Positions 37,065 through 47,030 of a DNA stretch of 64,000 nt are shown here, piece by piece. This DNA is from Candidatus Latescibacterota bacterium. Its GTDB lineage: Bacteria; Latescibacterota; UBA2968. The stretch is from positions 2,304,001 through 2,368,000 of the forward strand of contig OZ242195.1 in the NCBI GenBank assembly GCA_965205975.1. Reading direction: 5' to 3'. The stretch's first letter is position 1; each line of letters starts with the position of its first letter. The notes beneath the pieces were generated by a model that saw only the letters and a list, made by a program, of their open reading frames with translations, made no database searches and was not told where the DNA came from. The position numbers and the translations under genes are program-made.

Positions 37065-38438
37065 ATGGCTCCCAACATCATCTTTATCCTCACCGATGAT
37101 CAAGGACCCTGGGCTGCCGGATGTTATGGCAATCCAGAAATTCGCACTCCCAATCTCGACCGCATTGCCGCCACGGGTATTCGCTTCGACAATTTCTTTG
37201 TCACCATCCCCGTGTGCTCGCCCAGCCGCGCCTCTTTTCTCACCGGTCGCATACCCTCACAACACGGCGTACACGACTGGATCCGCGAAGGCAACACGGG
37301 TCCCGATGCGGCTTCTTATCTCCAGGACGAAATCTGCTATACCGACATCCTATCCGAACACGGCTGGACGTGTGGGCTATCGGGCAAATGGCACCTGGGC
37401 AATAGCACCTTGCCGCAGCACGGTTTCTCTCACTGGTTTGCCCACGAAAAAGGCGGTGGTCCCTACAACGACGCCACACTGGTACGCAATGGCGAACTCG
37501 TCACAGTACCGGGTTATGTGACCACCGCCATCACAGACGACGCCCTCGCATTTATCGACAATCACGTCAATAACGACAATCCCTTTTACCTCAGCGTTCA
37601 CTACACAGCGCCCCACAGCCCCTGGACTGGGCATCCCCAGGATATTGTCGATTCCTACGACGATTGCCCATTTGAATCCTGCCCACAAGAAGATCCACAT
37701 CCCTGGGCGGGTGGCTTGAGCAATAATTTGGGCAACCGCGAGAGTCTCAAAGGTTATTTTGCCGCTGTCACCGCAATGGATTATGACATAGGGCGCATTC
37801 TCGATAAAATTGAGGACAAAGGAATTCGCGACAACACCCTCGTTGTCTTCACCTCCGACAATGGTTTTTCCTGTGGTCATCACGGCTTTTGGGGCAAGGG
37901 CAATGGCACGCGCCCCTTAAATATGTATGAAAACTCCATCAAAGTGCCCTTCTTGGCCAGCCATCCTGGCGTCATCCCCGAAGGCAGCGTGCAGCCTGCA
38001 ATGGCTTCGGGATACGATTTTATGCCCACCCTCCTCGACTATCTCAACTTGCCCCTACCCGAAGACCGCAACTACCCCGGCCGATCCTTCCTCGCCGCGC
38101 TGAAAGGCGAAGAAGATCCCGGACGCGACAATGTCGTTATATACGACGAATACGGCACGACGCGCATGATCCGCACGGCAGAATGGAAATACGTACACCG
38201 CTATCCCGATGGCCCCAACGAACTCTACGACCTGCAAAACGATCCCGACGAGCGCAACAACCTCGTTGACGACAACGCACAAACCAGCCGCATCAAAACG
38301 ATGAAAACGCAGATGGAAGCGTGGTTTGCAACCTACAGCGTTCCCGACAAAGACGGGCGCGATTACACTGTCAGCGGCGCCGGACAACTCCGCCCCGTCG
38401 GACGAAAATGGGAAGACGACCGCAAACCCTTTGCGTAA
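37065..38438 (+). CDS. Sulfatase (Cys-type, formylglycine-dependent)
   Basis: NIIFILTDD, CSPSRASFLTG, GKWHLG, TSDNG, ELYDL. Confidence 0.93.
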   Translation: MAPNIIFILTDDQGPWAAGCYGNPEIRTPNLDRIAATGIRFDNFFVTIPVCSPSRASFLTGRIPSQHGVHDWIREGNTGPDAASYLQDEICYTDILSEHGWTCGLSGKWHLGNSTLPQHGFSHWFAHEKGGGPYNDATLVRNGELVTVPGYVTTAITDDALAFIDNHVNNDNPFYLSVHYTAPHSPWTGHPQDIVDSYDDCPFESCPQEDPHPWAGGLSNNLGNRESLKGYFAAVTAMDYDIGRILDKIEDKGIRDNTLVVFTSDNGFSCGHHGFWGKGNGTRPLNMYENSIKVPFLASHPGVIPEGSVQPAMASGYDFMPTLLDYLNLPLPEDRNYPGRSFLAALKGEEDPGRDNVVIYDEYGTTRMIRTAEWKYVHRYPDGPNELYDLQNDPDERNNLVDDNAQTSRIKTMKTQMEAWFATYSVPDKDGRDYTVSGAGQLRPVGRKWEDDRKPFA

Positions 38439-38515
38439 GAGACCCGTGAGAGAGGCGTCCCTATCTCGGCTATTGCACTCGGTACTTGTCTTTAACCCAC
38501 GGGATGACCAGAAGG

Positions 38516-38976
38516 ATGTTCAAAAGCTATCTAAAAACGGCGATTCGCAACCTCGCCAGACATCGCGTGTACTCGGCGATCAACATCATCGGCGTTGTTC
38601 GCGATTTCCATACGCGACGGGGTTTGCCATCTTCATCGCAGGACTCGGTGCGTTTGGACTGGCTACACTAATTGTTGCACGACGCACCAAAGAAATCGGC
38701 ATTCGCAAAGTATTGGGCGCATCCCAGGCGCAAATTTTGTCTCTACTCTCGCGGGAATTTGTCCTCTACATCGCCCTTGCAAGCCTTTTTGCGTTTCCAA
38801 TCGCCTATTACTCGATAAATCAATGGTTGCAAACATTCCCCTACCGCATTGAGCTGGGTTTGGTTACATTTCTACTCGGTAGTTTTGTTATGTTTATAGT
38901 GGTTGTTACAACGGTTGCCACTCAGGCCCTCAAAGCGATACGCGCAAACCCGGTCGAAGCTTTGCGATATGAATAG
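38516..38976 (+). pseudogene. ABC transporter permease remnant with two internal deletions and a frameshift
   Basis: MFKSYLKTAIRNL..INIIG joined to VVRDFH, then a frame change into YATGFAIFIAGLG...RRTKEIGIRKVLGA...ALRYE; compare the intact paralogue at 17783-20326. Confidence 0.88.
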
Positions 38977-38983
38977 AGGATCG

Positions 38984-39232
38984 ATGAATTGGCCAATGTG
39001 GTGGGATTGGGAACTGGAAATAACACCGCATGTTGAAACGCGAATGGAAGAAAGAGATTTCACTGAAATCGATCTGAGAACCATGCTGGATCGCGCTGAT
39101 GCTTTTGAACCAGATGAAATTGAAGGACGGTATATGATTCAAACGCGACATCGTCGAGACGATTGGATAATTATTGTTGAGCCAGATGAAGACGATCACT
39201 TATTGGTGGTTATAACCGCTTTTCGCACATAA
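38984..39232 (+). CDS. DUF4258-like putative toxin
   Basis: TPHVETRMEER...LVVITAF pattern; paired with a DUF2283-like gene. Confidence 0.75.
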   Translation: MNWPMWWDWELEITPHVETRMEERDFTEIDLRTMLDRADAFEPDEIEGRYMIQTRHRRDDWIIIVEPDEDDHLLVVITAFRT

Positions 39233-39240
39233 GGTACCCG

Positions 39241-39510
39241 ATGAAAACTCGATATTTAGAAGTGACATTTCGAAAAGGTAAACCACTCGTAGCCTATTTG
39301 TATTTGCCGAGAGAACCTGGTGCTAAGAGTGCCAGAACAGAACTTATGGGGTCTGGCTTGCTGGTGGATTATCAGGCCGATGGTCGTCCGATTGGCTTAG
39401 AGATCACAGCACCTGACAAAGTCACACTGGATCAGATCAACAGTATTCTCAAGCGGTTGAATTTACCCTTACTGGACCCCCAAGAATTGGCCCCCTTACA
39501 AGCGGCATAA
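39241..39510 (+). CDS. DUF2283-like putative antitoxin
   Basis: AYLYL...LLVDY..DGRPIGLEI. Confidence 0.75.
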   Translation: MKTRYLEVTFRKGKPLVAYLYLPREPGAKSARTELMGSGLLVDYQADGRPIGLEITAPDKVTLDQINSILKRLNLPLLDPQELAPLQAA

Positions 39511-39527
39511 GGCATCGGAGACGGAAT

Positions 39528-40754
39528 ATGGACGAAAAATTAGCTCTTTATGGCGGGCAAAAAACGCGCACATCCCCCTTCCCTTCGCGCGAGCCATTTG
39601 GAAAAAAAGAAGAGGAATTGTTGTTGGACGCCGTGCGCAGTCAAAATTTATTTGGCAAGAGCGGCACCTATGTCAAAGATTTTGAAAAACAATTTGCCGA
39701 ATTTTACGGAATGGAATACGCACAAAGTTCAACGAGCGGCACGGCGGCCATTCACCTGGCAGTGGGCGTTGTCGATCCCGAACCGGGGGACGAAATCATC
39801 ACCGCGCCCATTACCGATCCGGGCAGCGTAATGCCCATTTTAATTCAAAATGCCGTGCCCATATTTGCCGATGTCGATCCCCTGACAATGAACATGACAC
39901 CCGAATCGATTGAAGAAAATATTACAGACCGAACGCGCGCAATCATCCTCGTACACTTGTTTGGGCGCCCCTGCAATGTCGAAGAAGTGATAAAAATTGC
40001 AGAAAAATACCACATTGCGCTAATTGAAGATTGTAGCCAATGTCACGCCACCAAATACAAAGGTCGCTATGTGGGAACTTTTGGACATATGGGTTGTTTT
40101 AGCTTGCAGCAGTCCAAACACATGACCACCGGCGATGGCGGGATGACAGTCACACAAGACCGAGAAACCTATATTCGCCTCAAGCTATTTTCCGATAAAG
40201 GATGGGATTATCAATATATGGCCGATCGCGATCACGCTTTTGTCGCACCCAACTATCGCATGACCGAGATGCAGGGCGCGGTTGGCCTCGCACAGTTGGA
40301 AAAGGTGCGCGGCGTAGTCGAAAGACGTCACGAATTAGGCGCATTGCTGTGTGAACTGATTGCCGATGCGCCGGGAATAACGCCCGTTCCATACGAGGGA
40401 GACCGCGAAGTTTCATGGTGGAATTTTGTTTTTCACGTCACGGGCCACGATCCCGATGAATTTTGCAAAGCCGTACGCGCCGAAGGCGTATCCATGGGGG
40501 CGCATTATATTAAAGATCCAATTTTTATGCGCGGGAATTATCTGACCGAAAAACGCACCTATGGAAACAGCGGATTCCCCTTTCACCACGGCGTGACAAG
40601 CCGCGAATATAACTATGGCCCAGAACTTGTTCCCGGCGCAGTACAGGCATTGAGTACAGTCGTTGTATGGGGCTTGCACGAGCACCTCGACGAAAAAGAC
40701 ATCCGCGACACCGCCGCCGCCATCAACAAAGTCGCAAACGGCCTGAGTAAATAG
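39528..40754 (+). CDS. DegT/DnrJ/EryC1/StrS PLP aminotransferase
   Basis: SGTAAIHLA, VHLFG, IEDCSQ, FSLQQSKHMTTGDGG, NYRMTE. Confidence 0.92.
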   Translation: MDEKLALYGGQKTRTSPFPSREPFGKKEEELLLDAVRSQNLFGKSGTYVKDFEKQFAEFYGMEYAQSSTSGTAAIHLAVGVVDPEPGDEIITAPITDPGSVMPILIQNAVPIFADVDPLTMNMTPESIEENITDRTRAIILVHLFGRPCNVEEVIKIAEKYHIALIEDCSQCHATKYKGRYVGTFGHMGCFSLQQSKHMTTGDGGMTVTQDRETYIRLKLFSDKGWDYQYMADRDHAFVAPNYRMTEMQGAVGLAQLEKVRGVVERRHELGALLCELIADAPGITPVPYEGDREVSWWNFVFHVTGHDPDEFCKAVRAEGVSMGAHYIKDPIFMRGNYLTEKRTYGNSGFPFHHGVTSREYNYGPELVPGAVQALSTVVVWGLHEHLDEKDIRDTAAAINKVANGLSK

Positions 40755-40773
40755 ATAAAATAAAGGAATCAAA

Positions 40774-41796
40774 ATGCACCAGTCTCGTACACGGTGGTAT
40801 TACATCAGAGGCATTTTTGCACTCTGTATTTTTGCTCTTTCTGCTTGTGGAAACACACCATCGGACATCACGGGACCGGGAGAACCCGACGCAGATGCAA
40901 TACCGGGTGGCCCTGGACAGATCGCATATATAAAACAGAACCTGCAAACGGGCAGTTTTCATCTTCATATTGTAGATCCCGATGGGAAAAATCCGATCAA
41001 TCTTAATCCCATGGACGACCTGGCTGAATATTCCGGGCAATCGTGGTCGCCAGATGGCACACAACTCGCCTTTGCCTCAAACCGCAGTGGCAATGCCAAT
41101 TTCAACATTTTTGTCATGAATACCGACGGCAGCAATATCCGCAGTGTGGTTGAAGATTCGGGGGGCGATTTTGCATCATCCTGGTCGCCAGATGGACAAA
41201 AAATTCTCTTTCAAGCATGGCGCAGCGATGAGACAGTTTGGGATATTTATATCGTCAATATTGACGGCTCTGACGAAAAGGTGCTGATCAATACAGATAT
41301 GGAAGAGCAACTGCCCGTCTGGTCGCCAGATGGCACCAAATTTGCCTATCAGGCTGGACACCGCGGTCAGGGAATCGATATCTATGTCGCCAATGTCGAT
41401 GGTACAGGCGCAATGCGTTTGACAGATGGCAATGGCACTTTACACGCATCACCTGCATGGTCGCCAGATGGTACACAGATTGCGTTCGAATCCAATCGCC
41501 ATCAACCCCCTTCAACAGGCACGAGAACGCCCCTGGCACAGTACGAGATTTACGTGATGAATCGGGATGGTTCAAATATGCGCCGTCTCACGTCTTCCCA
41601 ACCTCTCGAAGCATTACGCAATCCAACCTGGTCGCCAGATGGGAAGCAAATTGCATTTGAATTTCACAGTTATGCAACAGATCTAATCTCGGGATTTTCG
41701 ACCATTAAGGTCATGAATGTAGATGGGGCCAATGCTTTTTCTATTCCCAATATCCCCCTTGGTGCGCGCTTTCCGCGCTGGTCGCCCGTGCCGTAA
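40774..41796 (+). CDS. TolB-like beta-propeller lipoprotein (PD40 repeats)
   Basis: Lipobox LSAC; five WSPDG repeats plus a terminal WSP. Confidence 0.85.
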   Translation: MHQSRTRWYYIRGIFALCIFALSACGNTPSDITGPGEPDADAIPGGPGQIAYIKQNLQTGSFHLHIVDPDGKNPINLNPMDDLAEYSGQSWSPDGTQLAFASNRSGNANFNIFVMNTDGSNIRSVVEDSGGDFASSWSPDGQKILFQAWRSDETVWDIYIVNIDGSDEKVLINTDMEEQLPVWSPDGTKFAYQAGHRGQGIDIYVANVDGTGAMRLTDGNGTLHASPAWSPDGTQIAFESNRHQPPSTGTRTPLAQYEIYVMNRDGSNMRRLTSSQPLEALRNPTWSPDGKQIAFEFHSYATDLISGFSTIKVMNVDGANAFSIPNIPLGARFPRWSPVP

Positions 41797-41931
41797 ACAC
41801 ACATCCATTCCGTTGATTCGCCCAAGTCTCGGATTTTATCCGAGGCTTTTTTGTTTGACTTCACCGCCTTTGTCCAATTAATTGTTCGCGGCGTGTATAT
41901 GGTATCGCGGAACACTTGTCAGGAGATGCGT

Positions 41932-42651
41932 ATGAGACGGCCAACAGATGCTGAACGGCAGGAATGGGAAGACAACGGGGTGTTGTTTTTAGAAAATGCA
42001 ATTATGGGAGAAGACCTCGCGCGGTTACAGGCGTCATTTGACCGATGTGCCGCCGAGGCCAGGCGCGAGTGGCTGGAGGGAATTGCGAAAGGCACGCGTC
42101 CGGCTGCCCATTTTGATATTCCAAAGCCATTGGAAAAGGACGACGTATTTATCGACCTGATCGATTATCCGGGCTGGTACGGGTTCTTGATGGATTTCGC
42201 CGATGAAGATCTGATCTTGCTCGCGCCGCAAGTGCGAACCCTGCCGGTCTCACCCATCAGTTATGTGGGCTGGCATCCTGATGTACCGCATACGACACCG
42301 CTCCACATGAAGGTACAGATTTATATCGAGGATGTTCCGGCCGACGGCGGTGCATTTGGATATGTGCCGGGCAGCCATAAACCCGACGCTGGGCTGTGTC
42401 CCGTGGTTCGCCCACTCGATTCAATGCCGGGGCACAAAGTGTATCCCGGCAAAGCGGGCGATGTGGTATTATTCAATTCTTATGGATGGCACACCGCAAT
42501 GGTCAACCGCACGTTAAAGCCGCGCAAGTCGATTATCATCATTTACGAAAAGTGGAGTAAGGATCGTATATCGACCAAACATTTTGCAGCCATTGCAGAT
42601 AAATGCATAACGCCAGACCGCAGGCGGTTGTTCAGCCTGGATGAAAGATGA
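41932..42651 (+). CDS. PhyH family dioxygenase
   Basis: WHPD, YVPGSHK, AGDVVLFN..WH; ATG after AGGAG. Confidence 0.85.
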   Translation: MRRPTDAERQEWEDNGVLFLENAIMGEDLARLQASFDRCAAEARREWLEGIAKGTRPAAHFDIPKPLEKDDVFIDLIDYPGWYGFLMDFADEDLILLAPQVRTLPVSPISYVGWHPDVPHTTPLHMKVQIYIEDVPADGGAFGYVPGSHKPDAGLCPVVRPLDSMPGHKVYPGKAGDVVLFNSYGWHTAMVNRTLKPRKSIIIIYEKWSKDRISTKHFAAIADKCITPDRRRLFSLDER

Positions 42652-42655
42652 TAGT

Positions 42656-43558
42656 ATGCCTATTATTGATTCGCACCTGCATGTATTTGAAAAACTATCG
42701 GACGAATTTCCCCGCGAGGTGAATGATCAGTGTCCAGCAGACAGGGCAGAGACAGCGGAAAAATTGCTGGAGGTCATGGCGACCAATGGGGTCAATCAGG
42801 CAGTATTGACGCAGATTGGCGGTGAACAATTGCCGCACCACCAGTATTTGCAGCATTGTTTGAAGACCTATCCCAATCGCTTCCGGGGAATTGGCTTGAT
42901 TCCTCGGGACAAATGGGACGCGCCAGAAGACCACATGGACCAGTTGGCTGAAAATGGGGATATTATCGGCTTCAGGATTAACGAAATTGGCGGTCCTGCC
43001 GATCCCCTATCCCAAATGGATGTACGAACATTTACGTCGTATCGCATCTGGAGACACGCGGCTGAAAAAAACTACGTGATGTGGCTGTATATTCGGGCAA
43101 AAGACGCGCATCAAGTCGCCTTTATGGTTCGGGCATTTCCCGAAATTCGCGCTGTATTTAACCACCTGATGGTCTGTCCGGGCGAGGGAATGTTTTCCTG
43201 GGACAACGAAGGTCGGCCGCACATCAATACCCCCATACCGCCGCTGACGCGCTACTCAATGCTGGGCTTGCACGAATACCCAAATATCTGCGTACATCTA
43301 TCGGGACAATATGCATTTAGCCAGGAGGCATGGCCCTATCGCGACCTGCAGAGCTGGCACAAAACACTGCTTTCCAAGTTCGGCGCAGACAAATTGATGT
43401 GGGCGACGGATTTTCCCTGGATTCTGGAAGATCCGGGATATGATAAGCTCGTGCAGGTAATTGATGAATTGCTACCGGATTTGAACGCGCAGCAAAAAGC
43501 AGAAATTATGGGGGGAACGGCAAAACGGGTTTTGGGCTTTCCCGACGTGGCGGATTGA
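42656..43558 (+). CDS. Amidohydrolase family 2 protein
   Basis: IIDSHLH, FNHL, KLMWATDFP. Confidence 0.88.
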   Translation: MPIIDSHLHVFEKLSDEFPREVNDQCPADRAETAEKLLEVMATNGVNQAVLTQIGGEQLPHHQYLQHCLKTYPNRFRGIGLIPRDKWDAPEDHMDQLAENGDIIGFRINEIGGPADPLSQMDVRTFTSYRIWRHAAEKNYVMWLYIRAKDAHQVAFMVRAFPEIRAVFNHLMVCPGEGMFSWDNEGRPHINTPIPPLTRYSMLGLHEYPNICVHLSGQYAFSQEAWPYRDLQSWHKTLLSKFGADKLMWATDFPWILEDPGYDKLVQVIDELLPDLNAQQKAEIMGGTAKRVLGFPDVAD

Positions 43559-45590
43559 CCCCTTTGAAATTGACCTTGTATTGTTCGAGGGCCCCGAGCG
43601 CCTTATTATCGGGATGGGGATATATGTCGCGGGATTTCCCAAAAGACGCGACAGCTTCTACCCTCTGGCCCTGTTTTTGCAGCAGACTTCCTTTCAAGTA
43701 GTACAGCCGCGCCAGGGTTTGCTTTTTCAATGCCTCGTGTTTGAGGGTCTCCGCCCTGTCTAACCACGCCGAGACCTGTTCCCAGTGCGAGCTATTCCCA
43801 TGCTCTATAAGTGTGGCAGCCATCCCGATGAGGCAGGCGTAACTTCTCTCTGAGAGGCGAAACAATTCCTGCATTGAACTGAGGAGCCCCGGATCGCCTG
43901 AAAAATAAATCAAACCCAAATATCGCCCGTACTGGAACAACAATCCGTTTCGCCGCACGCGCTCCCAGCGATCAATGGGTTGCAAATGCATCAGATAGGT
44001 GAAATATTCCTCTCCACGCGGATGGCGTTTTATTTCTATGGTACCCGGCTTGCCATCTTTAACCACCTCCATGAGAAAACCATAGATCCGTCCCCGGCGG
44101 TCGGGAAAAATGTCGTAATCCATAGGAAAAAAGAGGGTGCGTTCTGTCGAATCGGTGAATTGTTCCAAAACCTCCTGCTTTTTCTTTTTGGGCAGGAATG
44201 GATCGTAGAGACGTTTGCCATATACGAGTCCCTGAAGATTGTACAACGCCACATCTGGACGGCGGTTCTCGATGTATTGATAATAGCCCATCGGCCCGGT
44301 TGCATCGCCGAATACAAACAGGACCGCGTCCTCCGGCAAAATATCCAATTGCATGTCTGCATAGTGCTCGGCAAAGTCGCTATCGGATCGGTCATTGACC
44401 CGCCAGTGTTCGTGCACCGACCACGCAACCATCGCCGCGCCCACCAGCACTACCATAGCAAGTCCGAGTCCTGGTCCACGGGCAAATTTGGAAGGCAACC
44501 GTTCTGCCAACCAGTCGAGAACAACCTGCAATCCAACGCCCAACCACAGAGCCGCTATGCCGTAACACAACAGAGAATAGGGACGAAAAATCGCGCCCCA
44601 AAAAAAATCAAAATCGAAACCCAGCAGGGCGATCAGTACAATGCTACTGCCCAAAAACACCAGCAACCCCGAACCTGCTTTTGCGATCTGCCGCCGCTGA
44701 AACAGAACGATCAGTCCGAACACAGCGAGTGCAAATCCCGGCAGCGTCAATTGCCACAAAAACTCATTGCCCAGCCATTGCATGAACCCGAATCGGTCCT
44801 GCCATCCCGCGCTGGGGCTGGCATCTATATGGGCATAGCCCTGCCGACTGAAATAATGCCAGAATTCTTTCAACGTATCGATAGAGCCGTAAAAATTGAT
44901 CAGAGGATCTTGATGCGACCGCCAGACCATCCAGGCATAAGGCAATGCCGCACACGGCAGGGAAACTCCAAAAAGTAGCGGCAGTTTCCGATACAAGGTG
45001 CGCCAAATGGGAAAAACCAATATCATTAAACCCGGCGTTGAAAGCACCATCAGCGGCCAGTGGTTGGTCAGGCTCAATCCATAAGCGCCAGCCGCAGCAA
45101 TCCAGATCCCGGTGCGCTGTGGCTGGCGGACGCCGTACAAAAGCAGCGCATAAAGGCCAAAAAAGAACAGTGCATTGAGCGTATAAACTTCGGCGATAAT
45201 AGCCTGCGCCCAGAAATGCTCAGAAGCGGCAAACAGCCAGGCGGCGGTCCGGGCCGGAATTGGCGATGCGCCCAACAGGCGGACACACACATAAACGCAG
45301 CCACAGGTGAGCGCGCCCAATACCGCGCTGGACAAATGGCCGAGGAAAGCAACACTGCCAAAAGGCAATTGCGTAAATAGATAGACAATAAGGGTATAGA
45401 GCGGATAGCCCGGTGGATGGGCCACACCGAGGTGCGCGCCGGCCATGAGAAACAAGCCGTCATCTTCCAAAACAACAGTGCGCGGCATAGTAAGCACATA
45501 AAGCACAAACGGGGCGACAACTGATGCGGTCAGTGCGATCCCATCGCGCAAGGGCTTAAATGCTTCAATTTGGGCATCCACGCGATTCAT
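43506..45590 (-). CDS. DUF2723/TMEM260-like membrane glycosyltransferase (GT-C fold) with C-terminal TPR
   Basis: GVAHPPGYPLY, WAQAIIAEVYTLN, many TM helices. Confidence 0.8.
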   Translation of the reverse strand: MNRVDAQIEAFKPLRDGIALTASVVAPFVLYVLTMPRTVVLEDDGLFLMAGAHLGVAHPPGYPLYTLIVYLFTQLPFGSVAFLGHLSSAVLGALTCGCVYVCVRLLGASPIPARTAAWLFAASEHFWAQAIIAEVYTLNALFFFGLYALLLYGVRQPQRTGIWIAAAGAYGLSLTNHWPLMVLSTPGLMILVFPIWRTLYRKLPLLFGVSLPCAALPYAWMVWRSHQDPLINFYGSIDTLKEFWHYFSRQGYAHIDASPSAGWQDRFGFMQWLGNEFLWQLTLPGFALAVFGLIVLFQRRQIAKAGSGLLVFLGSSIVLIALLGFDFDFFWGAIFRPYSLLCYGIAALWLGVGLQVVLDWLAERLPSKFARGPGLGLAMVVLVGAAMVAWSVHEHWRVNDRSDSDFAEHYADMQLDILPEDAVLFVFGDATGPMGYYQYIENRRPDVALYNLQGLVYGKRLYDPFLPKKKKQEVLEQFTDSTERTLFFPMDYDIFPDRRGRIYGFLMEVVKDGKPGTIEIKRHPRGEEYFTYLMHLQPIDRWERVRRNGLLFQYGRYLGLIYFSGDPGLLSSMQELFRLSERSYACLIGMAATLIEHGNSSHWEQVSAWLDRAETLKHEALKKQTLARLYYLKGSLLQKQGQRVEAVASFGKSRDIYPHPDNKALGALEQYKVNFKGVNPPRRESPKPVLPFPP

Positions 45591-46009
45591 TGCTTACCGT
45601 CCTCCTTATCTTCTGCTCGCTCGTCTGTCACCTCGCGAAATGTCCAGCGGGAATTGATAAAATAGTTAAACAATGTGGCTGGGGCAATCGCACACCCCTG
45701 CAAAATGACCGCTGGCACTGCTGGCAAAAGAAAGGAAAGCGAGACAAACGTGCCATAACTCAGCACGAGAGTCACTAGTGAAACGAGGTTAAACTTCAAA
45801 CCTCGAATGCGTTTTCTCCCCGCCAGTGCGCGATCGCGGAAAGTCCAGTAGTTATTGAGCAGAAAATTTGAGATTATCGACAGCTCAATAGCAACTGGCG
45901 ATGCCAGCAGCTTATTCACACCGAGATTGAGCAGGAACTGGAACGAACCGAGATTGACAAATACCCCCGATAAACCCGTAAGGGCAAATTTGATAAATGT
46001 TCGGGACAT
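45587..46009 (-). CDS. GtrA family flippase-like protein
   Basis: FIKFALTGLSGVFVN, SNFLLNNYWTF, NYFINSRWTF; start set at ATG 46009. Confidence 0.85.
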   Translation of the reverse strand: MSRTFIKFALTGLSGVFVNLGSFQFLLNLGVNKLLASPVAIELSIISNFLLNNYWTFRDRALAGRKRIRGLKFNLVSLVTLVLSYGTFVSLSFLLPAVPAVILQGCAIAPATLFNYFINSRWTFREVTDERAEDKEDGKQ

Positions 46010-46120
46010 AAATTTTCCGATAAATTGGATTTTCAACTGATCAAAGTAACAACGCACCTTCGAGAAATCAAGCGCGAAACTATTCAGAATACACAGACGG
46101 TTTGATACGGTTCTCCTATA

Positions 46121-47005
46121 GTGAAACGAATCGCTAAAATTTTGCTCCTCTCTATATTGTTGTTCACTGCACTGTGTGTTGTGCTATCCATTTGGAGGAA
46201 ACCGATGCCCGATCATCCTTTCATCAAAAAAAACGCGGGTGTTGAAGTGATTGCACACCGGGGGGGATGGCGATTGTGGCCCGAAAATACGCTATATACT
46301 TTTCAACACGCGGTAGATCTCGGCGTGGATATGCTGGAAATGGATATCCGCAGTACAAAAGACGGTCATATCGTGGTCTTTCACGACGAGACCGTAACGC
46401 GCACAACCAATGGCAACGCGCGTGTGAATGATTTGACCCTTGCAGAATTGAAACAGTTAGATGCGGGATACAAATGGTCGGCTGACAAGGGCGCGACTTT
46501 TCCCTATCGCGGAAAAGGAATTGTACCACCAACGCTGGACGAAGTCTTTGCGTCTTTTCCGCACATGCGAATGACCATTGAAATCAAACAGAAAGAGCCG
46601 GATATTGTCACGGCATTTGGCAACCTGATTCGCCACCATGCGATGCAACACCGCGTGCTGGTCGCGTGTTTTGACACCGGGACATTGAAGCGTTTTCGCA
46701 AGCAGTTTCCCGAAGTAGCAACATCGCCAGGAATGACGGAAGGAATGATTTTTTACGCCCTGTGCTGGCTGCATTTGAGCGCGGTTTATCAGCCCAATGT
46801 CGAAGTATTGCAGTTCCCACTAAAAATGGGACCGATAAATGGCAGCCATCCACGTCTTTTATCTGGGGCGCGCAAAAACAATATGCAAGTACAAATATGG
46901 ACTGTAGATGACGAAACGAAAATGCGAATGCTGATTGAAAACGGGGTAGATGGCATCATCACCCGCCGGCCAGATCGCCTGTTAAAAATACTGGGGCGAG
47001 AATAG
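46121..47005 (+). CDS. Glycerophosphodiester phosphodiesterase
   Basis: IAHRGG...PENT, EMDI, HD, IEIK, WTVD, GVDGIIT. Confidence 0.92.
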   Translation: MKRIAKILLLSILLFTALCVVLSIWRKPMPDHPFIKKNAGVEVIAHRGGWRLWPENTLYTFQHAVDLGVDMLEMDIRSTKDGHIVVFHDETVTRTTNGNARVNDLTLAELKQLDAGYKWSADKGATFPYRGKGIVPPTLDEVFASFPHMRMTIEIKQKEPDIVTAFGNLIRHHAMQHRVLVACFDTGTLKRFRKQFPEVATSPGMTEGMIFYALCWLHLSAVYQPNVEVLQFPLKMGPINGSHPRLLSGARKNNMQVQIWTVDDETKMRMLIENGVDGIITRRPDRLLKILGRE

Positions 47006-47030
47006 GTCTTTCACAAACGGAATAAATACC

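Noticed and set aside
41044..41642. CRISPR array from regularly spaced 14-mers
   Set aside because: The repeat is too short, the gaps are 124 nt or more, and all lies in frame within a TolB-like CDS; no cas genes
43980..44978. 332-aa plus-strand ORF
   Set aside because: Antisense shadow of the DUF2723 gene with no recognisable motifs
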